From an uncultured Pseudomonadota bacterium (lineage in GTDB: Bacteria > Pseudomonadota > Gammaproteobacteria > Ga0077536), in assembly GCA_903825645.1 (NCBI GenBank), contig CAIKBL010000041.1:8375-72374 (forward strand): DNA of 64,000 nt, read 5' to 3'. Shown here piece after piece: positions 1 through 10,244 of this stretch (its first letter is position 1; each line of letters begins with the position of its first letter). The position numbers and the translations under genes are program-made. The notes below the pieces were generated by a model. That model was not told the DNA's origin and did not search any database. It was given only the letters and a program-made list of their open reading frames with translations.

Positions 1-7
1 GACCAGC

Positions 8-1927
8 CTAGCGTTGCTCCTCGACGATAACAGGCGGGCGCAGCGCATTGCGCAGCATGTCAAATAGCCATTGCGTTTGTTCAAATCCTTGGGCAATTTG
101 AAAAAGCGCCACCCTCTGCTTGGGCTCGTCGGGATGTCCGCAATCGGTGCGGAGATCCTCGAGCAGGTGCTCGTGTGCATCAACTAAGGCCGAAAATTTC
201 GCCACTGACGCCGTGTCTCTAAGGGCCAGCGCTTCAATCATGGCATCCAGCATTGACGCTAATCCCTCAACGGCCGCCATAAAATACTGGCCAGACTGTA
301 CGCCCCGATCCGCTGTGCAGAGCCGCTGGCATAACTGGCGGAGACTATTTTCAAGGTAACCTAAAAAGCCCAACTCATTCTGGAGCCGAATAAATTGTGC
401 GCTAGTGCCGGGACAAAGCGTTTGCCCGGCGATCTGCTTCTGGAATGATTCAATGGAGATCGCAACCGATCTGAACGGGACCAGTATTTGTTGTAACTGT
501 TGACTCGCCTCAACACCGGAGCTGGAGCGCATCACCGCACAGTACGCTTTGAGTTTCCGCGCCAGTCGTAACACTTCGTTTTCAACCGCGTCGAGTGCCG
601 TATGTGGATCGGCCAATGCCGCTTCACAAATGAATTGAGCCGTCGCCGGATCTTGTAATACTTCGCTTTTTGGTATTTTTAGCAAAGCCCAGCTCATCAA
701 CGGGACCGCCAAAATGACCGTTACCACCGCCATAACGACGATGATGGAGTACATCTCCCGAGACAAAAGCCCGATGGACAGTCCCAGCGTAGCGATAATG
801 ATCTCGGTGCCTCCGCGCGCATTCATGCCGAAACCCAGCGCTATGCGCTCCCAGATAGACAGTCCGCCTGCCCGTGCGCCGAGGTAAACGCCAACGAGCT
901 TGCTGCCGAAAGCGATCAGGAGCACGCCCAGCAATATGCTGAAGGTGCTCCACTGATCAAGCACGCTCCAGAGATTCAAGCGCAGCCCGGCAAGCCCAAA
1001 GTAAAGCGGCGCAAGAAAAGAGGAGATCACGAGAGTGAGTGCGTGCACTGCATTTTTTTGCAGGGAGGGTACCGTCCCCACTAAGATGCCGACGACGAAA
1101 ATGCCTAGCGCAAATTCAAGGCCTAACCAACTGGTAATCAGACTCCCGGCAATGCCAAAGGTGATCAGGACTGAAAGTTGTGCCGATGCACCGGGTGAGA
1201 TGCCGTTGTGCCAAGAGATGAATTTTTTCATCAAAGGACGGCCGACCGCATAGCTGAAACCGATAAAAATCAAAGCCGCTCCCGTAGTTTTCGAGGCAGA
1301 CAGGGCGTCAAAATGCCCCGTCAGATACAGGCTGGTCATCACGGCAACCAAAATCCAAGCGATAACATCATCCAGCATCGCCGCACCCAACGCGATCTGG
1401 CCGATCTTGTGCTGCATCATGTTTTTGTCGCGAAGGATCATCGCAATGGGTGGCAGCGCGGAAATCGACATGGAGACGGCCATAAAAAGCGAGATCACGA
1501 GGCGATCGGAAGGCTTGGACAGCAGATATTCGGGCACGTACATGCCGAGGGCAAAGCCGGCAATCAGAGGAACGATTAAGCCACCCGCCGAAACCAAAAA
1601 GCTTTGCCTGCCGTAGCGCTGTAATACGTTCAAATTCACATCGAGGCCTGCTTCCATCAGAAAAAGCAGGAGACCTACCCAGGTGATCGCTGACAACATG
1701 TCAGCCTGAGTCTGTTCGGGTTTAAATACTAGGATCTGCAGTTCGGGAAGCCAGTGCCCGACGATCGAAGGTCCGAGCAAGATCCCGCCCAAGATGTTGC
1801 CGATTAGCGCGGGTTGTTTCCAGCTTTTCACCAAACGGCCCCCGATATAGGAAACCACGAGCAGTACAGTGAGTTGCAGAAGAAAGTTTTCGATCGCGCC
1901 GTGCGTCAGTGGTCTAAGGACGGTCAT
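8..1927 (-). CDS. CPA2 (Kef-type) cation:H+ antiporter with a ~220-aa helical C-terminal domain resembling the PhoU-like tail of Na/Pi cotransporters
   Basis: About 12 hydrophobic segments with CPA2 motifs GILLGPS, SISALPPIAMIL, AAMLDD and GFGMNARG. The soluble tail starts near QFICEAALADPHTALDAVENE. Confidence 0.85.
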   Translation of the reverse strand: MTVLRPLTHGAIENFLLQLTVLLVVSYIGGRLVKSWKQPALIGNILGGILLGPSIVGHWLPELQILVFKPEQTQADMLSAITWVGLLLFLMEAGLDVNLNVLQRYGRQSFLVSAGGLIVPLIAGFALGMYVPEYLLSKPSDRLVISLFMAVSMSISALPPIAMILRDKNMMQHKIGQIALGAAMLDDVIAWILVAVMTSLYLTGHFDALSASKTTGAALIFIGFSYAVGRPLMKKFISWHNGISPGASAQLSVLITFGIAGSLITSWLGLEFALGIFVVGILVGTVPSLQKNAVHALTLVISSFLAPLYFGLAGLRLNLWSVLDQWSTFSILLGVLLIAFGSKLVGVYLGARAGGLSIWERIALGFGMNARGGTEIIIATLGLSIGLLSREMYSIIVVMAVVTVILAVPLMSWALLKIPKSEVLQDPATAQFICEAALADPHTALDAVENEVLRLARKLKAYCAVMRSSSGVEASQQLQQILVPFRSVAISIESFQKQIAGQTLCPGTSAQFIRLQNELGFLGYLENSLRQLCQRLCTADRGVQSGQYFMAAVEGLASMLDAMIEALALRDTASVAKFSALVDAHEHLLEDLRTDCGHPDEPKQRVALFQIAQGFEQTQWLFDMLRNALRPPVIVEEQR

Positions 1928-2074
1928 GATGAAATTCCGGCTGATGGTTCAAAATCAGTTCATTGTGCTCTGAACCAATGTATTCTTTGAAATAGGAAAA
2001 ATCTATCTACTCACCTGCATTCGAAGATTTTTAATCGCTTCAACGAGCTTGTTCCCAACGCTGATGAGATCATA

Positions 2075-2150
2075 TGGCGCTCCCTAGGGGACTCGAACCC
2101 CTGTTTTCGCCGTGAGAGGGCGACGTCCTAGGCCACTAGACGAAGGGAGC
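2075..2150 (-). tRNA. tRNA-Glu (anticodon CTC)
   Basis: Reverse complement GCTCCCTTCGTCTAGTGGCCTAGGACGTCGCCCTCTCACGGCGAAAACAGGGGTTCGAGTCCCCTAGGGAGCGCCA: 76 nt, cloverleaf, TTCGA T-loop, encoded CCA. TATAAT on the minus strand at 2168-2173. Confidence 0.97.
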
Positions 2151-2250
2151 AGAGCGACCGGGGTGCTATTATAGGGGTGGAGCTACCGACGACGCTATGG
2201 TGGCGCTAATCATGGCCGCCGCTGGCACAACAAAGGCATTGGGAGACTCA

Positions 2251-3612
2251 TTGAATCAAGAATCCACTTCGGGCGCGGAAATCATTCCGCTGCAACCTCG
2301 CCCCCGGATCTATACACGATCGGAGCACCCGATCTCCCGCAAATTTATCGCGGATAGTGCGCTCAAAGTACTCTATCGCCTGAACAAGGCGGGGTATCGC
2401 GCGCTCCTAGTCGGTGGCAGTGTCCGCGATTTGCTCTTGGGCCACCAACCCAAAGATTTCGACGTCGCCACCGACGCCTTGCCGGAACAAGTCCGCGAAT
2501 TATTTCGGAATTGCCGCCTGATCGGTCGCCGCTTCCGGCTCGCCCACGTCCAATTCGGAAGCGAAATCATCGAAGTCGCGACGTTTAGGGCCGCCCATGA
2601 TGGCGACACGGACGGCGCCGCCATGACTGATGACGGGCGGATCTTGCGCGACAACGTCTATGGCACGCTAGACGACGACGTTTGGCGCCGAGACTTCACC
2701 GTTAATGCCCTGTACTACGATATCGCCAATTTTTCGATTGTCGATTACGTGGGCGGCGTCGAAGATCTGAAGGCGAACCGGTTGCGCCTGCTGGGCGATC
2801 CGGAAAAACGGTTCAGGGAAGACCCGGTGCGTATGCTGCGTGCCGTGCGGTTTGCAACCAAATTAGGTTTTGAAATTGACGCCGCCACCCTGGCCCCCAT
2901 TAATCGCTTACGCCACTTGCTCAATGATATTGCACCCGCCCGATTGTTCGACGAAATACTCAAGCTCTTTCATGGGGGGTTCGGACGGGCAAGCTTCGAA
3001 ATATTGCGCAAATACGGTCTTTTCCACTGTCTTTGCCCGCTCACAGACCAATCACTGGAGGGAAACGAAGGCGCCTTTGTACAGCAGCTGCTGACCGCCG
3101 CTTTCGACAACACGGACCGGCGCATTGCGGACGGCAAGCCAGTAACGCCTGCCTTCCTGTTTGCAGCGCTCCTATGGCAAAGCATGGAGGACGAGGCGGC
3201 CGCTAACGTTGCCAACGGACTAAACCTACTGGATGCAATTCAGCTCGCCGCAGATACCGTCATTTCGAAACAGGTGGCGCGCATTGCCATCCCGCGACGT
3301 TTTTCGAACATCACGCGGGAGATCTGGGTGTTGCAACCCCGTCTCGTTAAACGAACGGCGAAGCGCGCGCCGCGCCTGATGGAACACCCGCGTTTTCGTG
3401 CTGCCTACGATTTTCTGCTCCTCCGCGCGCAGGCAGGAGAGCCGATCCAGGAAGCCGCGGACTGGTGGACCCAATTTATCGAGGCCGACGATCCGAGCCG
3501 ATCCAAACTGCTTGAAGCAGCGCCCCCTGATGCCGCACGACCTACGCGTCGACGCCGACGCCGGGGCGGTAGTGGCCGGAATAGAACTCCCGCGCCGGTG
3601 ACCGACGGCTAG
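2251..3612 (+). CDS. pcnB: Poly(A) polymerase I
   Basis: LVGGSVRDLLLG, PKDFDVATDA, IGRRFRLAHV, RRDFTVNAL, EDPVRMLRA, HPRFRAAYDFL and an Arg-rich tail. Start placed at TTG 2251 after GGGAG; the ORF is open from 2197. Confidence 0.95.
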   Translation: MNQESTSGAEIIPLQPRPRIYTRSEHPISRKFIADSALKVLYRLNKAGYRALLVGGSVRDLLLGHQPKDFDVATDALPEQVRELFRNCRLIGRRFRLAHVQFGSEIIEVATFRAAHDGDTDGAAMTDDGRILRDNVYGTLDDDVWRRDFTVNALYYDIANFSIVDYVGGVEDLKANRLRLLGDPEKRFREDPVRMLRAVRFATKLGFEIDAATLAPINRLRHLLNDIAPARLFDEILKLFHGGFGRASFEILRKYGLFHCLCPLTDQSLEGNEGAFVQQLLTAAFDNTDRRIADGKPVTPAFLFAALLWQSMEDEAAANVANGLNLLDAIQLAADTVISKQVARIAIPRRFSNITREIWVLQPRLVKRTAKRAPRLMEHPRFRAAYDFLLLRAQAGEPIQEAADWWTQFIEADDPSRSKLLEAAPPDAARPTRRRRRRGGSGRNRTPAPVTDG

Positions 3613-3617
3613 ATTAG

Positions 3618-4115
3618 ATGGGTGTATCGGTGGTGACCTTTATCGGGATCGGCAGCAATCTCGAAGATCCGAAGCGTCAGGTGCTCACGGCATTCGGTGA
3701 ACTCGCCGCGGTCCCTGGTAGTGCCGTGCGCGCGCGTTCTTCCCTCTACCGAACCCCGCCGATGGGTCCGTCCGAACAACCCGATTACGTGAACGCGGTC
3801 GTCGAACTGATCACCCGACTTCCCCCTCACGAACTGCTCGTGGAACTACAGCGCATTGAGCAGGCACATGGTCGAATCAGGGGTGCCCGGTGGGGTCCTC
3901 GAACCCTGGATCTCGATCTACTCATTTTCGGTCAGGAAAAAATCGATAACGACACCCTGCAGGTCCCCCATCCCGGACTCGCGCAGCGTGCTTTCGTGAT
4001 CGTCCCGCTCGCCGAAATCGCCCCTCATGTAGAAATCCCAGGACTACCCAACGCCGCTACCCTTGAAAAACAGCTATCGACCACCGCGCTGTCCCAGTTG
4101 CAGCGAATACTATGA
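3618..4115 (+). CDS. folK: 2-amino-4-hydroxy-6-hydroxymethyldihydropteridine pyrophosphokinase
   Basis: IGIGSNL, QPDYVNAV, RWGPRTLDLDLL and VPHP; follows pcnB. Confidence 0.95.
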   Translation: MGVSVVTFIGIGSNLEDPKRQVLTAFGELAAVPGSAVRARSSLYRTPPMGPSEQPDYVNAVVELITRLPPHELLVELQRIEQAHGRIRGARWGPRTLDLDLLIFGQEKIDNDTLQVPHPGLAQRAFVIVPLAEIAPHVEIPGLPNAATLEKQLSTTALSQLQRIL

Positions 4116-4792
4116 AAACACCTCGTCATATTGCGGTTGAGGGCCCCATCGGGGTCGGTAAAACGAGCCTTACGCGGCGCCTCGCGACGACTCTTAACGC
4201 CGAAACGCTGTTCGAGGCTGCGGCGGAAAATCCGTTCCTCCCCCAGTACTACGCTAACCCTGAACGACACGCGCTCGCGACGCAACTGTACTTCCTGTGT
4301 CAGCGAACCCCGCCATCAAGGCCGAAAGCGCCAACTGACGCTTCTACGCGGAGATTGGTCACGGATTTCATCTTCGAAAAAGACCGGTTGTTCGCCAAAA
4401 TAACCCTAGAACAGGCCGAATACGCGCTCTACGAAGAAATATTCAGGCGTTTTGCGCCGGAAGCACCCGCACCCGATCTGGTTATCTACTTAGCGGCACC
4501 GATGCCCATACTGCGTGCGCGCATCCGACAGCGTGGGATCGATTACGAACAATCGGTTGATGATCGCTATCTGCAACGAGTGTGCGAAGAATATGACGCT
4601 TTCTTTTTCGCCTATAAGGCAGCGCCGGTGCTGCGGGTGGACACCACGGAGATCAATTTACGAGACAATGACGTGCATTATGCGAGCCTAGTTGCCCAAT
4701 TAGCGCGCGGCATGGACGTCAATCGCGCCTTCTGCATCGACACGTCGCCGGATCAGACCTTGGGCAATGACTCCCCTCGCGTGACGATTTAG
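4112..4792 (+). CDS. Deoxynucleoside kinase family protein
   Basis: IAVEGPIGVGKTSL P-loop, ENPFL, PDLVIYL and RGIDYE. Confidence 0.9.
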   Translation: MKTPRHIAVEGPIGVGKTSLTRRLATTLNAETLFEAAAENPFLPQYYANPERHALATQLYFLCQRTPPSRPKAPTDASTRRLVTDFIFEKDRLFAKITLEQAEYALYEEIFRRFAPEAPAPDLVIYLAAPMPILRARIRQRGIDYEQSVDDRYLQRVCEEYDAFFFAYKAAPVLRVDTTEINLRDNDVHYASLVAQLARGMDVNRAFCIDTSPDQTLGNDSPRVTI

Positions 4793-4839
4793 AGTTAGAT
4801 TACACTTGCACGCCCGTGGGAGCGCAGAGTACAAGGCTT

Positions 4840-5709
4840 ATGAAAACCGTTTATTCGCTTGAAGATTTACGCACACAGATTCAGTGCTGGCGACGTGAGA
4901 GCGCGCGCATTGCGCTGGTTCCAACCATGGGCAATCTGCATGCAGGGCATATCTCGCTGCTGGAACGGGCGCGCGCGCTCGCGGATCGCTCGGTAGTCAG
5001 TATCTTTGTAAACCCGATACAGTTTGGTAAAGGGGAAGACTACGCCAAATACCCCAGCACACTCGATGCGGACATGGAAAAACTAGGTGCCGCTGGTCTC
5101 GATCTGCTCTTTGCTCCGAATCTTGCAGAGCTCTATCCAGGCGGGATAGAAGAAGATACGCGGGTCACGGTGCCGGGCCTGTCAGCTATTTTGTGCGGAC
5201 AATTTCGACCGGGGCATTTTTCGGGCGTGGCAACGGTGGTCACTAAGCTATTTAACAATGTCCAGCCGGACGTCGCTCTTTTTGGCGAAAAAGATTATCA
5301 GCAGCTGCTGGTGATCAAGCGCATGGCGCACGATCTGCTGCTGCCGATCGAAATTCTGGGAATGCCGATTGTGCGGGAAAGCGACGGTTTGGCAATGAGC
5401 TCGCGCAATGCTTACTTGAGTCCGCTAGAGCGGGGCCGTGCTCCACGTATTTACGCGGCGCTGCAGGAAGCTGCCACGAAATTGAGCAAAGGAGCCCAAT
5501 CGATTATCGCTATCGAAACCGCAGCCATGGCCGATCTCGCGGCGGCCGGCTTCAGGCCCGAATATTTCAGCGTACGTCGACCCACCGACCTGAGTAGCCC
5601 GCAACTGGGAGACACTAGCGTGCAAATCCTGGTCGCCGCATGGCTGGGAAGCGCTCGCCTGATCGATAATCTCCACGTCGCGCTTGATCAGCCACTCGCC
5701 ATCCTGTGA
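4840..5709 (+). CDS. panC: Pantoate-beta-alanine ligase
   Basis: PTMGNLHAGH, SIFVNPIQF, RPGHFSGV, FGEKDYQQ, GLAMSSRN and RLIDN. ATG at 4840. Confidence 0.97.
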   Translation: MKTVYSLEDLRTQIQCWRRESARIALVPTMGNLHAGHISLLERARALADRSVVSIFVNPIQFGKGEDYAKYPSTLDADMEKLGAAGLDLLFAPNLAELYPGGIEEDTRVTVPGLSAILCGQFRPGHFSGVATVVTKLFNNVQPDVALFGEKDYQQLLVIKRMAHDLLLPIEILGMPIVRESDGLAMSSRNAYLSPLERGRAPRIYAALQEAATKLSKGAQSIIAIETAAMADLAAAGFRPEYFSVRRPTDLSSPQLGDTSVQILVAAWLGSARLIDNLHVALDQPLAIL

Positions 5710-6470
5710 GCCAATCGATGCGCAATTCCCTCACCGCGGGACTCCTGATCATTGGCAACGAAATCCTGTCCGGCCGAACCCGCGAGGCGAATCAGCAAAC
5801 ATTAGGCGAAGCGCTCGCACGCCACGGGATTCGTCTCAAGGAAACACGCGTAGTGGAAGATAGGCAAGAGGCAATTGTGCAGGCCGTGAATGCCCTTCGC
5901 GCAACTTATGACTTCGTATTCACGACTGGCGGTATAGGGCCCACGCACGATGACATTACCACCGAATCTATTGCCGCGGCCTTCGGACGAGTGATTCAGG
6001 AAGTTCCGGAAGCGGTCCGCCGGTTGCGAGAATATTACGGCGCTGAGGGGATGAACGAAGCCCGTCTAAAAATGGCACGCGTGGTTGCCGGTGCACATTT
6101 ACTGGATAATCCGGTAAGTGCCGCGCCCGGTTTCAGGATTGAAAATGTCTACGTCCTGCCCGGGGTGCCACGTATCCTCCAAGCCATGCTACCCGGAATT
6201 TTGAGCGGCCTTCCCGATGGCGTGCCGATCAGGAGTACTTCGGTGACGGGGTGGTTACGGGAAAGCGAAATCGCCGAGGAGTTAACCGCCATCCAGGCGG
6301 CCTTCCCGCATTTGGACATCGGAAGTTATCCCTTTGTGCGCGACAATCGCCTGGGGACTTCGCTGGTCGTGCGGGGAACCGATGACATAGCCCGCGTGGC
6401 CGCGGTCAACACTATTACCGAGATGTTGAGCACCCACGGGGTGGAATCGTCGATCGAGCCGACCGTCTGA
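5706..6470 (+). CDS. CinA-like molybdopterin-binding-domain protein (COG1058 pyrophosphatase family)
   Basis: IIGNEILSGR, TTGGIGPTHDDIT, LPGVP and IGSYP. GTGA overlap with panC. Confidence 0.88.
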   Translation: MSQSMRNSLTAGLLIIGNEILSGRTREANQQTLGEALARHGIRLKETRVVEDRQEAIVQAVNALRATYDFVFTTGGIGPTHDDITTESIAAAFGRVIQEVPEAVRRLREYYGAEGMNEARLKMARVVAGAHLLDNPVSAAPGFRIENVYVLPGVPRILQAMLPGILSGLPDGVPIRSTSVTGWLRESEIAEELTAIQAAFPHLDIGSYPFVRDNRLGTSLVVRGTDDIARVAAVNTITEMLSTHGVESSIEPTV

Positions 6471-6587
6471 TTCTCATTACCGATGGGACGAGACCGAAGC
6501 GCCAAGTCGACTTCTGAAGTGTCCGTTTCTTTGCATTTTCATAGTCCCAGTGTAGTTTAAGACCTTAAGGCAAATTCTATTACCGCC

Positions 6588-7931
6588 ATGTCCAAACGCG
6601 TTTTTATCAAAACCTTTGGTTGCCAGATGAACGAGTACGACTCGCAGAAGATGGCCGACCTTCTGCACAGCGTGCATGGGATGCAAACAGTAGAACGCCC
6701 CGAAGAAGCGGACCTACTGCTGATGAATACCTGCTCCGTACGCGAGAAGGCATCAGAAAAACTGTTCTCTGAACTCGGTCGATGGCGGGAATTGAAAGAG
6801 GCACGCCCCGAAGTCGTGATTGGCGTAGGGGGTTGCGTGGCGAGTCAAGAGGGAACCGCTATTTTCGAACGGGCCCCCTACGTAGATTTGGTCTTTGGCC
6901 CCCAGACCTTGCATCGACTGCCGGAACTGTTCACCGCAGTTGCAGCGGGTCGCAAAAAGCTCATTGATGTGAGCTTCCCCGAGATCGAAAAATTCGATCG
7001 ACTACCGGAACCTCGCGCCGACGGCCCGACCGCATACGTTTCTATCATGGAAGGCTGCAGCAAGTACTGTACCTTCTGCGTCGTACCTTATACCCGTGGT
7101 GAAGAGTTCAGCCGTCCTTTTGATGATGTGATCGCTGAAATTCACGCGCTCGCCTCACAAGGGGTCCGTGAAGTCACGTTGCTCGGACAGAATGTGAACG
7201 CCTATCGGGGCCCGATGAGCGACGGAAGATTGATCGATCTTCCCGCTTTGATTCGTTTTGTGGCCGCTATCAAGGGAATTGAACGGATCCGCTACACCAC
7301 ATCGCATCCCATCGAATTCAGTCAGCGCCTAATTGACGTGTATGCGCTTGAACCCAAACTAGTGAGTCATGTCCACCTGCCGGTACAAAGCGGCTCAGAT
7401 AGAATCCTTGCACTCATGAAACGGGGCCATACCACACTCGAATATCTCTCAAAGATTAGAGCCTTACGCAAGATTCGCCCAGATATCTCCATCTCCTCTG
7501 ATTTTATTGTCGGCTTCCCAGGAGAGACCCAGACTGATTTCGACGCCACGATGAATCTTATTGATCAAGTCGACTTTGATTATTCCTTTAGTTTTATATA
7601 TAGCCCGAGACCGGGCACACCCGCATCGGGACTATCGGACACGCTGACACTGCTCGAGAAGAAACATCGTCTCGCGATCCTGCAGCGGCGAATAGAAGAG
7701 TTAGGACGTGAAAAAAGTCATGGCATGATAGGGTCTCGACAGCGCGTACTCGTGACCCGACCTTCCCGCAAGAATCAGGAAGAACTGGCCGCCCGTACGG
7801 ACAATAACCGCATCGTAAATTTCGCAGGTCCGGCCGATCTGATCGGGCAGTTTATAGAAGTCGAGATTGTGGAGGCTCATGCCAATTCCCTGCGCGGGAG
7901 ATTTCTCAATTCCGTAAAAAAAGCGAGCTGA
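6588..7931 (+). CDS. miaB: tRNA methylthiotransferase MiaB
   Basis: [20 protein letters not shown], radical SAM motif CSKYCTFC and a C-terminal TRAM domain. Confidence 0.97.
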   Translation: MSKRVFIKTFGCQMNEYDSQKMADLLHSVHGMQTVERPEEADLLLMNTCSVREKASEKLFSELGRWRELKEARPEVVIGVGGCVASQEGTAIFERAPYVDLVFGPQTLHRLPELFTAVAAGRKKLIDVSFPEIEKFDRLPEPRADGPTAYVSIMEGCSKYCTFCVVPYTRGEEFSRPFDDVIAEIHALASQGVREVTLLGQNVNAYRGPMSDGRLIDLPALIRFVAAIKGIERIRYTTSHPIEFSQRLIDVYALEPKLVSHVHLPVQSGSDRILALMKRGHTTLEYLSKIRALRKIRPDISISSDFIVGFPGETQTDFDATMNLIDQVDFDYSFSFIYSPRPGTPASGLSDTLTLLEKKHRLAILQRRIEELGREKSHGMIGSRQRVLVTRPSRKNQEELAARTDNNRIVNFAGPADLIGQFIEVEIVEAHANSLRGRFLNSVKKAS

Positions 7932-7932
7932 A

Positions 7933-8892
7933 TTGAACCCCGAAATGACGACTACCGAGCTTACTCTCGAACCCTTTGAAAACGACCGCTTAGCTAATCT
8001 TTGTGGTCAATTTGACGATAATCTTCGTCTCATCGAACGACGCTTGGGCGTTGGAATCAGTAACCGCGGCAACGTGTTCAGTATTTCTGGAAGCGAAACT
8101 GCACGGGCCGTGACCCAGCAATTACTGCAAGACCTCTATGCCGCCACCGGCGAGCGGGCACTGGCGCCTGGTGATGTTCACCTACATTTACAGGAAACCG
8201 TCGCGGCGGGCTTCACGCCTGAATCTTCAGACGAATTTTCCCTACAGACACGGCGAACCTTAGTTCGGGCCCGCGGCGAAAACCAAAAACTGTATCTGCG
8301 CAATATAGAAGCACACGACATCAATTTCGGGATTGGCCCCGCGGGTACTGGCAAGACTTATCTGGCCGTCGCAGCCGCAGTCTCCGCTTTGGAAAATGAT
8401 CGCGTCCGGCGACTTTGCTTGGTAAGGCCAGCGGTAGAAGCCGGTGAACGTCTAGGATTCCTCCCGGGCGATATGGCCCAAAAAATCGATCCTTACCTTC
8501 GTCCTCTGTACGACGCTTTATATGAAATGTTGGGTTTCGAACGGGTCGCGAAACTTATAGAGCGTAATGTGATTGAGATCGCACCACTTGCTTTCATGCG
8601 TGGCCGAACGCTTAATGATGCCTTCATCATTCTTGACGAGGCACAAAACACCACCGTCGAGCAAATGAAGATGTTTCTCACACGCATCGGCTTCTGCTCG
8701 AAAGCGGTGATTACCGGCGATGTCACGCAAATTGACTTGCCGAGAGGCAAAGATTCTGGCCTCAAGCATGCGGTGGAAATAGTCCGTCAAGTGGAAGGGA
8801 TAAGCTTCACCTTTTTCAAGACTCATGACGTGGTGAGACATGCACTTGTCGCACGCATTCTGGACGCTTATGACGCCTTCGAGAACCGGTGA
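7933..8892 (+). CDS. ybeZ: PhoH-like ATPase
   Basis: GPAGTGKTYLA, RPAVEAGERLGFLPGD, PLAFMRGRTL and DEAQN. Confidence 0.95.
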   Translation: MNPEMTTTELTLEPFENDRLANLCGQFDDNLRLIERRLGVGISNRGNVFSISGSETARAVTQQLLQDLYAATGERALAPGDVHLHLQETVAAGFTPESSDEFSLQTRRTLVRARGENQKLYLRNIEAHDINFGIGPAGTGKTYLAVAAAVSALENDRVRRLCLVRPAVEAGERLGFLPGDMAQKIDPYLRPLYDALYEMLGFERVAKLIERNVIEIAPLAFMRGRTLNDAFIILDEAQNTTVEQMKMFLTRIGFCSKAVITGDVTQIDLPRGKDSGLKHAVEIVRQVEGISFTFFKTHDVVRHALVARILDAYDAFENR

Positions 8893-9350
8893 ACATCACG
8901 CCTGTTCGACTCTCTCTTCAACGGGTCTGCCGCGGTGCGGGTCCCGCGAGAAGTGACCTACTCAGATGGGTACGGGAGACGCTTTCCGGGAGAAAAACCC
9001 GGGCGGCTCTGACGATAAGAATTGTCGACGTGACAGAAAGTGCAGCGTTGAACGCTGCCTGGCGGCATAAATCAGGTCCGACAAATGTGCTGTCCTTCCC
9101 TATTACGGGCCTGGATCAATTTGCCCCAGAGCTCCTCGGGGATATCGTGATCTGTGCGCCTTTGGTTATATCGGAAGCCTGCGAGCAGGGGAAATTACCG
9201 CTGGCGCACTGGGCTCATCTGGTGGTCCATGGCACGCTTCATCTTCTAGGTTACGACCACATAGAGGAGAAAGACGCCCTGGACATGGAGTGTCTTGAAT
9301 GTGAAATACTTGCTCGACTCGGATTCCCGAATCCTTATCAGGAGCAGTAA
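8889..9350 (+). CDS. ybeY: rRNA maturation endoribonuclease YbeY
   Basis: PTNVLSFP, LGDIVIC and HGTLHLLGYDH. Confidence 0.95.
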   Translation: MNITPVRLSLQRVCRGAGPARSDLLRWVRETLSGRKTRAALTIRIVDVTESAALNAAWRHKSGPTNVLSFPITGLDQFAPELLGDIVICAPLVISEACEQGKLPLAHWAHLVVHGTLHLLGYDHIEEKDALDMECLECEILARLGFPNPYQEQ

Positions 9351-9356
9351 GAAAAA

Positions 9357-10244
9357 ATGCGAGACGCCGATTCCGACAAATCGTCACATGCGCTCTTCTC
9401 GCGGATCGTAGAATCGCTTGTCCGTAGATTAGTTCGGCGCCTGCGGAGCCGTCTGAAGCACCGTTCTGAATTAGTGGAAATTCTGCGGGATGCCGAAGGT
9501 GAACACCTTATCGACGCGGATACAGCGAGCATGATGGAAGGTGCCCTACTCGTCTCCGAGCTCAAGGTGCGCGACATCATGGTCCCCCGTTCGGAGATGA
9601 TTTTCATTGAAATAGATGACTCCCCTCAGAAATTTCTACCCGCAGTCATCCGCTCGGCACATTCACGCTTTCCGGTAGTGGATGCTAAACATGAAAAAAT
9701 ACTGGGCGTGTTACTGGCAAAGGACATGCTGCCGCTCGCTGCCGATCCTAAATATATTTTTGATATCCGCGATGTTTTGCGACCAGCCGTCTTCGTACCA
9801 GAGAGCAAACGCCTAAACATCTTGCTTCGCGAATTTCGTCTGAGCAGAAATCACTTGGCGATTGTGGTCGATGAATATGGCGAAATTGCCGGGCTTGTGT
9901 CCATCGAAGATGTCATCGAACAAATCGTAGGGGATATTGATGATGAGTATGATGTCGATGACGAGGAATACATTCGACGACATCGCGCAAACCGCTTCAC
10001 GCTGAAAGCACGCACGCCTATCGAAAACTTCAATACCTTCTTCGGCAGCGCGTTGCCTGACAATCAGTACGACACGATAGGGGGCTTGGTGATTCATCAT
10101 TTTGGCCGAGTACCTGATCGCGGAGACACGGTCGAATTTGGCGGGTTCAACTTCAAAGTGCTTCGGGCAGACCGTCGACGCGTACAGGTATTGCGCGTGC
10201 TGCGGTTGCTGGCGCCACCGGAAGTGGATACTGACGATGGTTAG
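9357..10244 (+). CDS. corC: CBS/CorC magnesium-cobalt efflux protein
   Basis: VRDIMVPR, HSRFPV, FVPESK, VVDEYG and DTIGGLV. Confidence 0.92.
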   Translation: MRDADSDKSSHALFSRIVESLVRRLVRRLRSRLKHRSELVEILRDAEGEHLIDADTASMMEGALLVSELKVRDIMVPRSEMIFIEIDDSPQKFLPAVIRSAHSRFPVVDAKHEKILGVLLAKDMLPLAADPKYIFDIRDVLRPAVFVPESKRLNILLREFRLSRNHLAIVVDEYGEIAGLVSIEDVIEQIVGDIDDEYDVDDEEYIRRHRANRFTLKARTPIENFNTFFGSALPDNQYDTIGGLVIHHFGRVPDRGDTVEFGGFNFKVLRADRRRVQVLRVLRLLAPPEVDTDDG

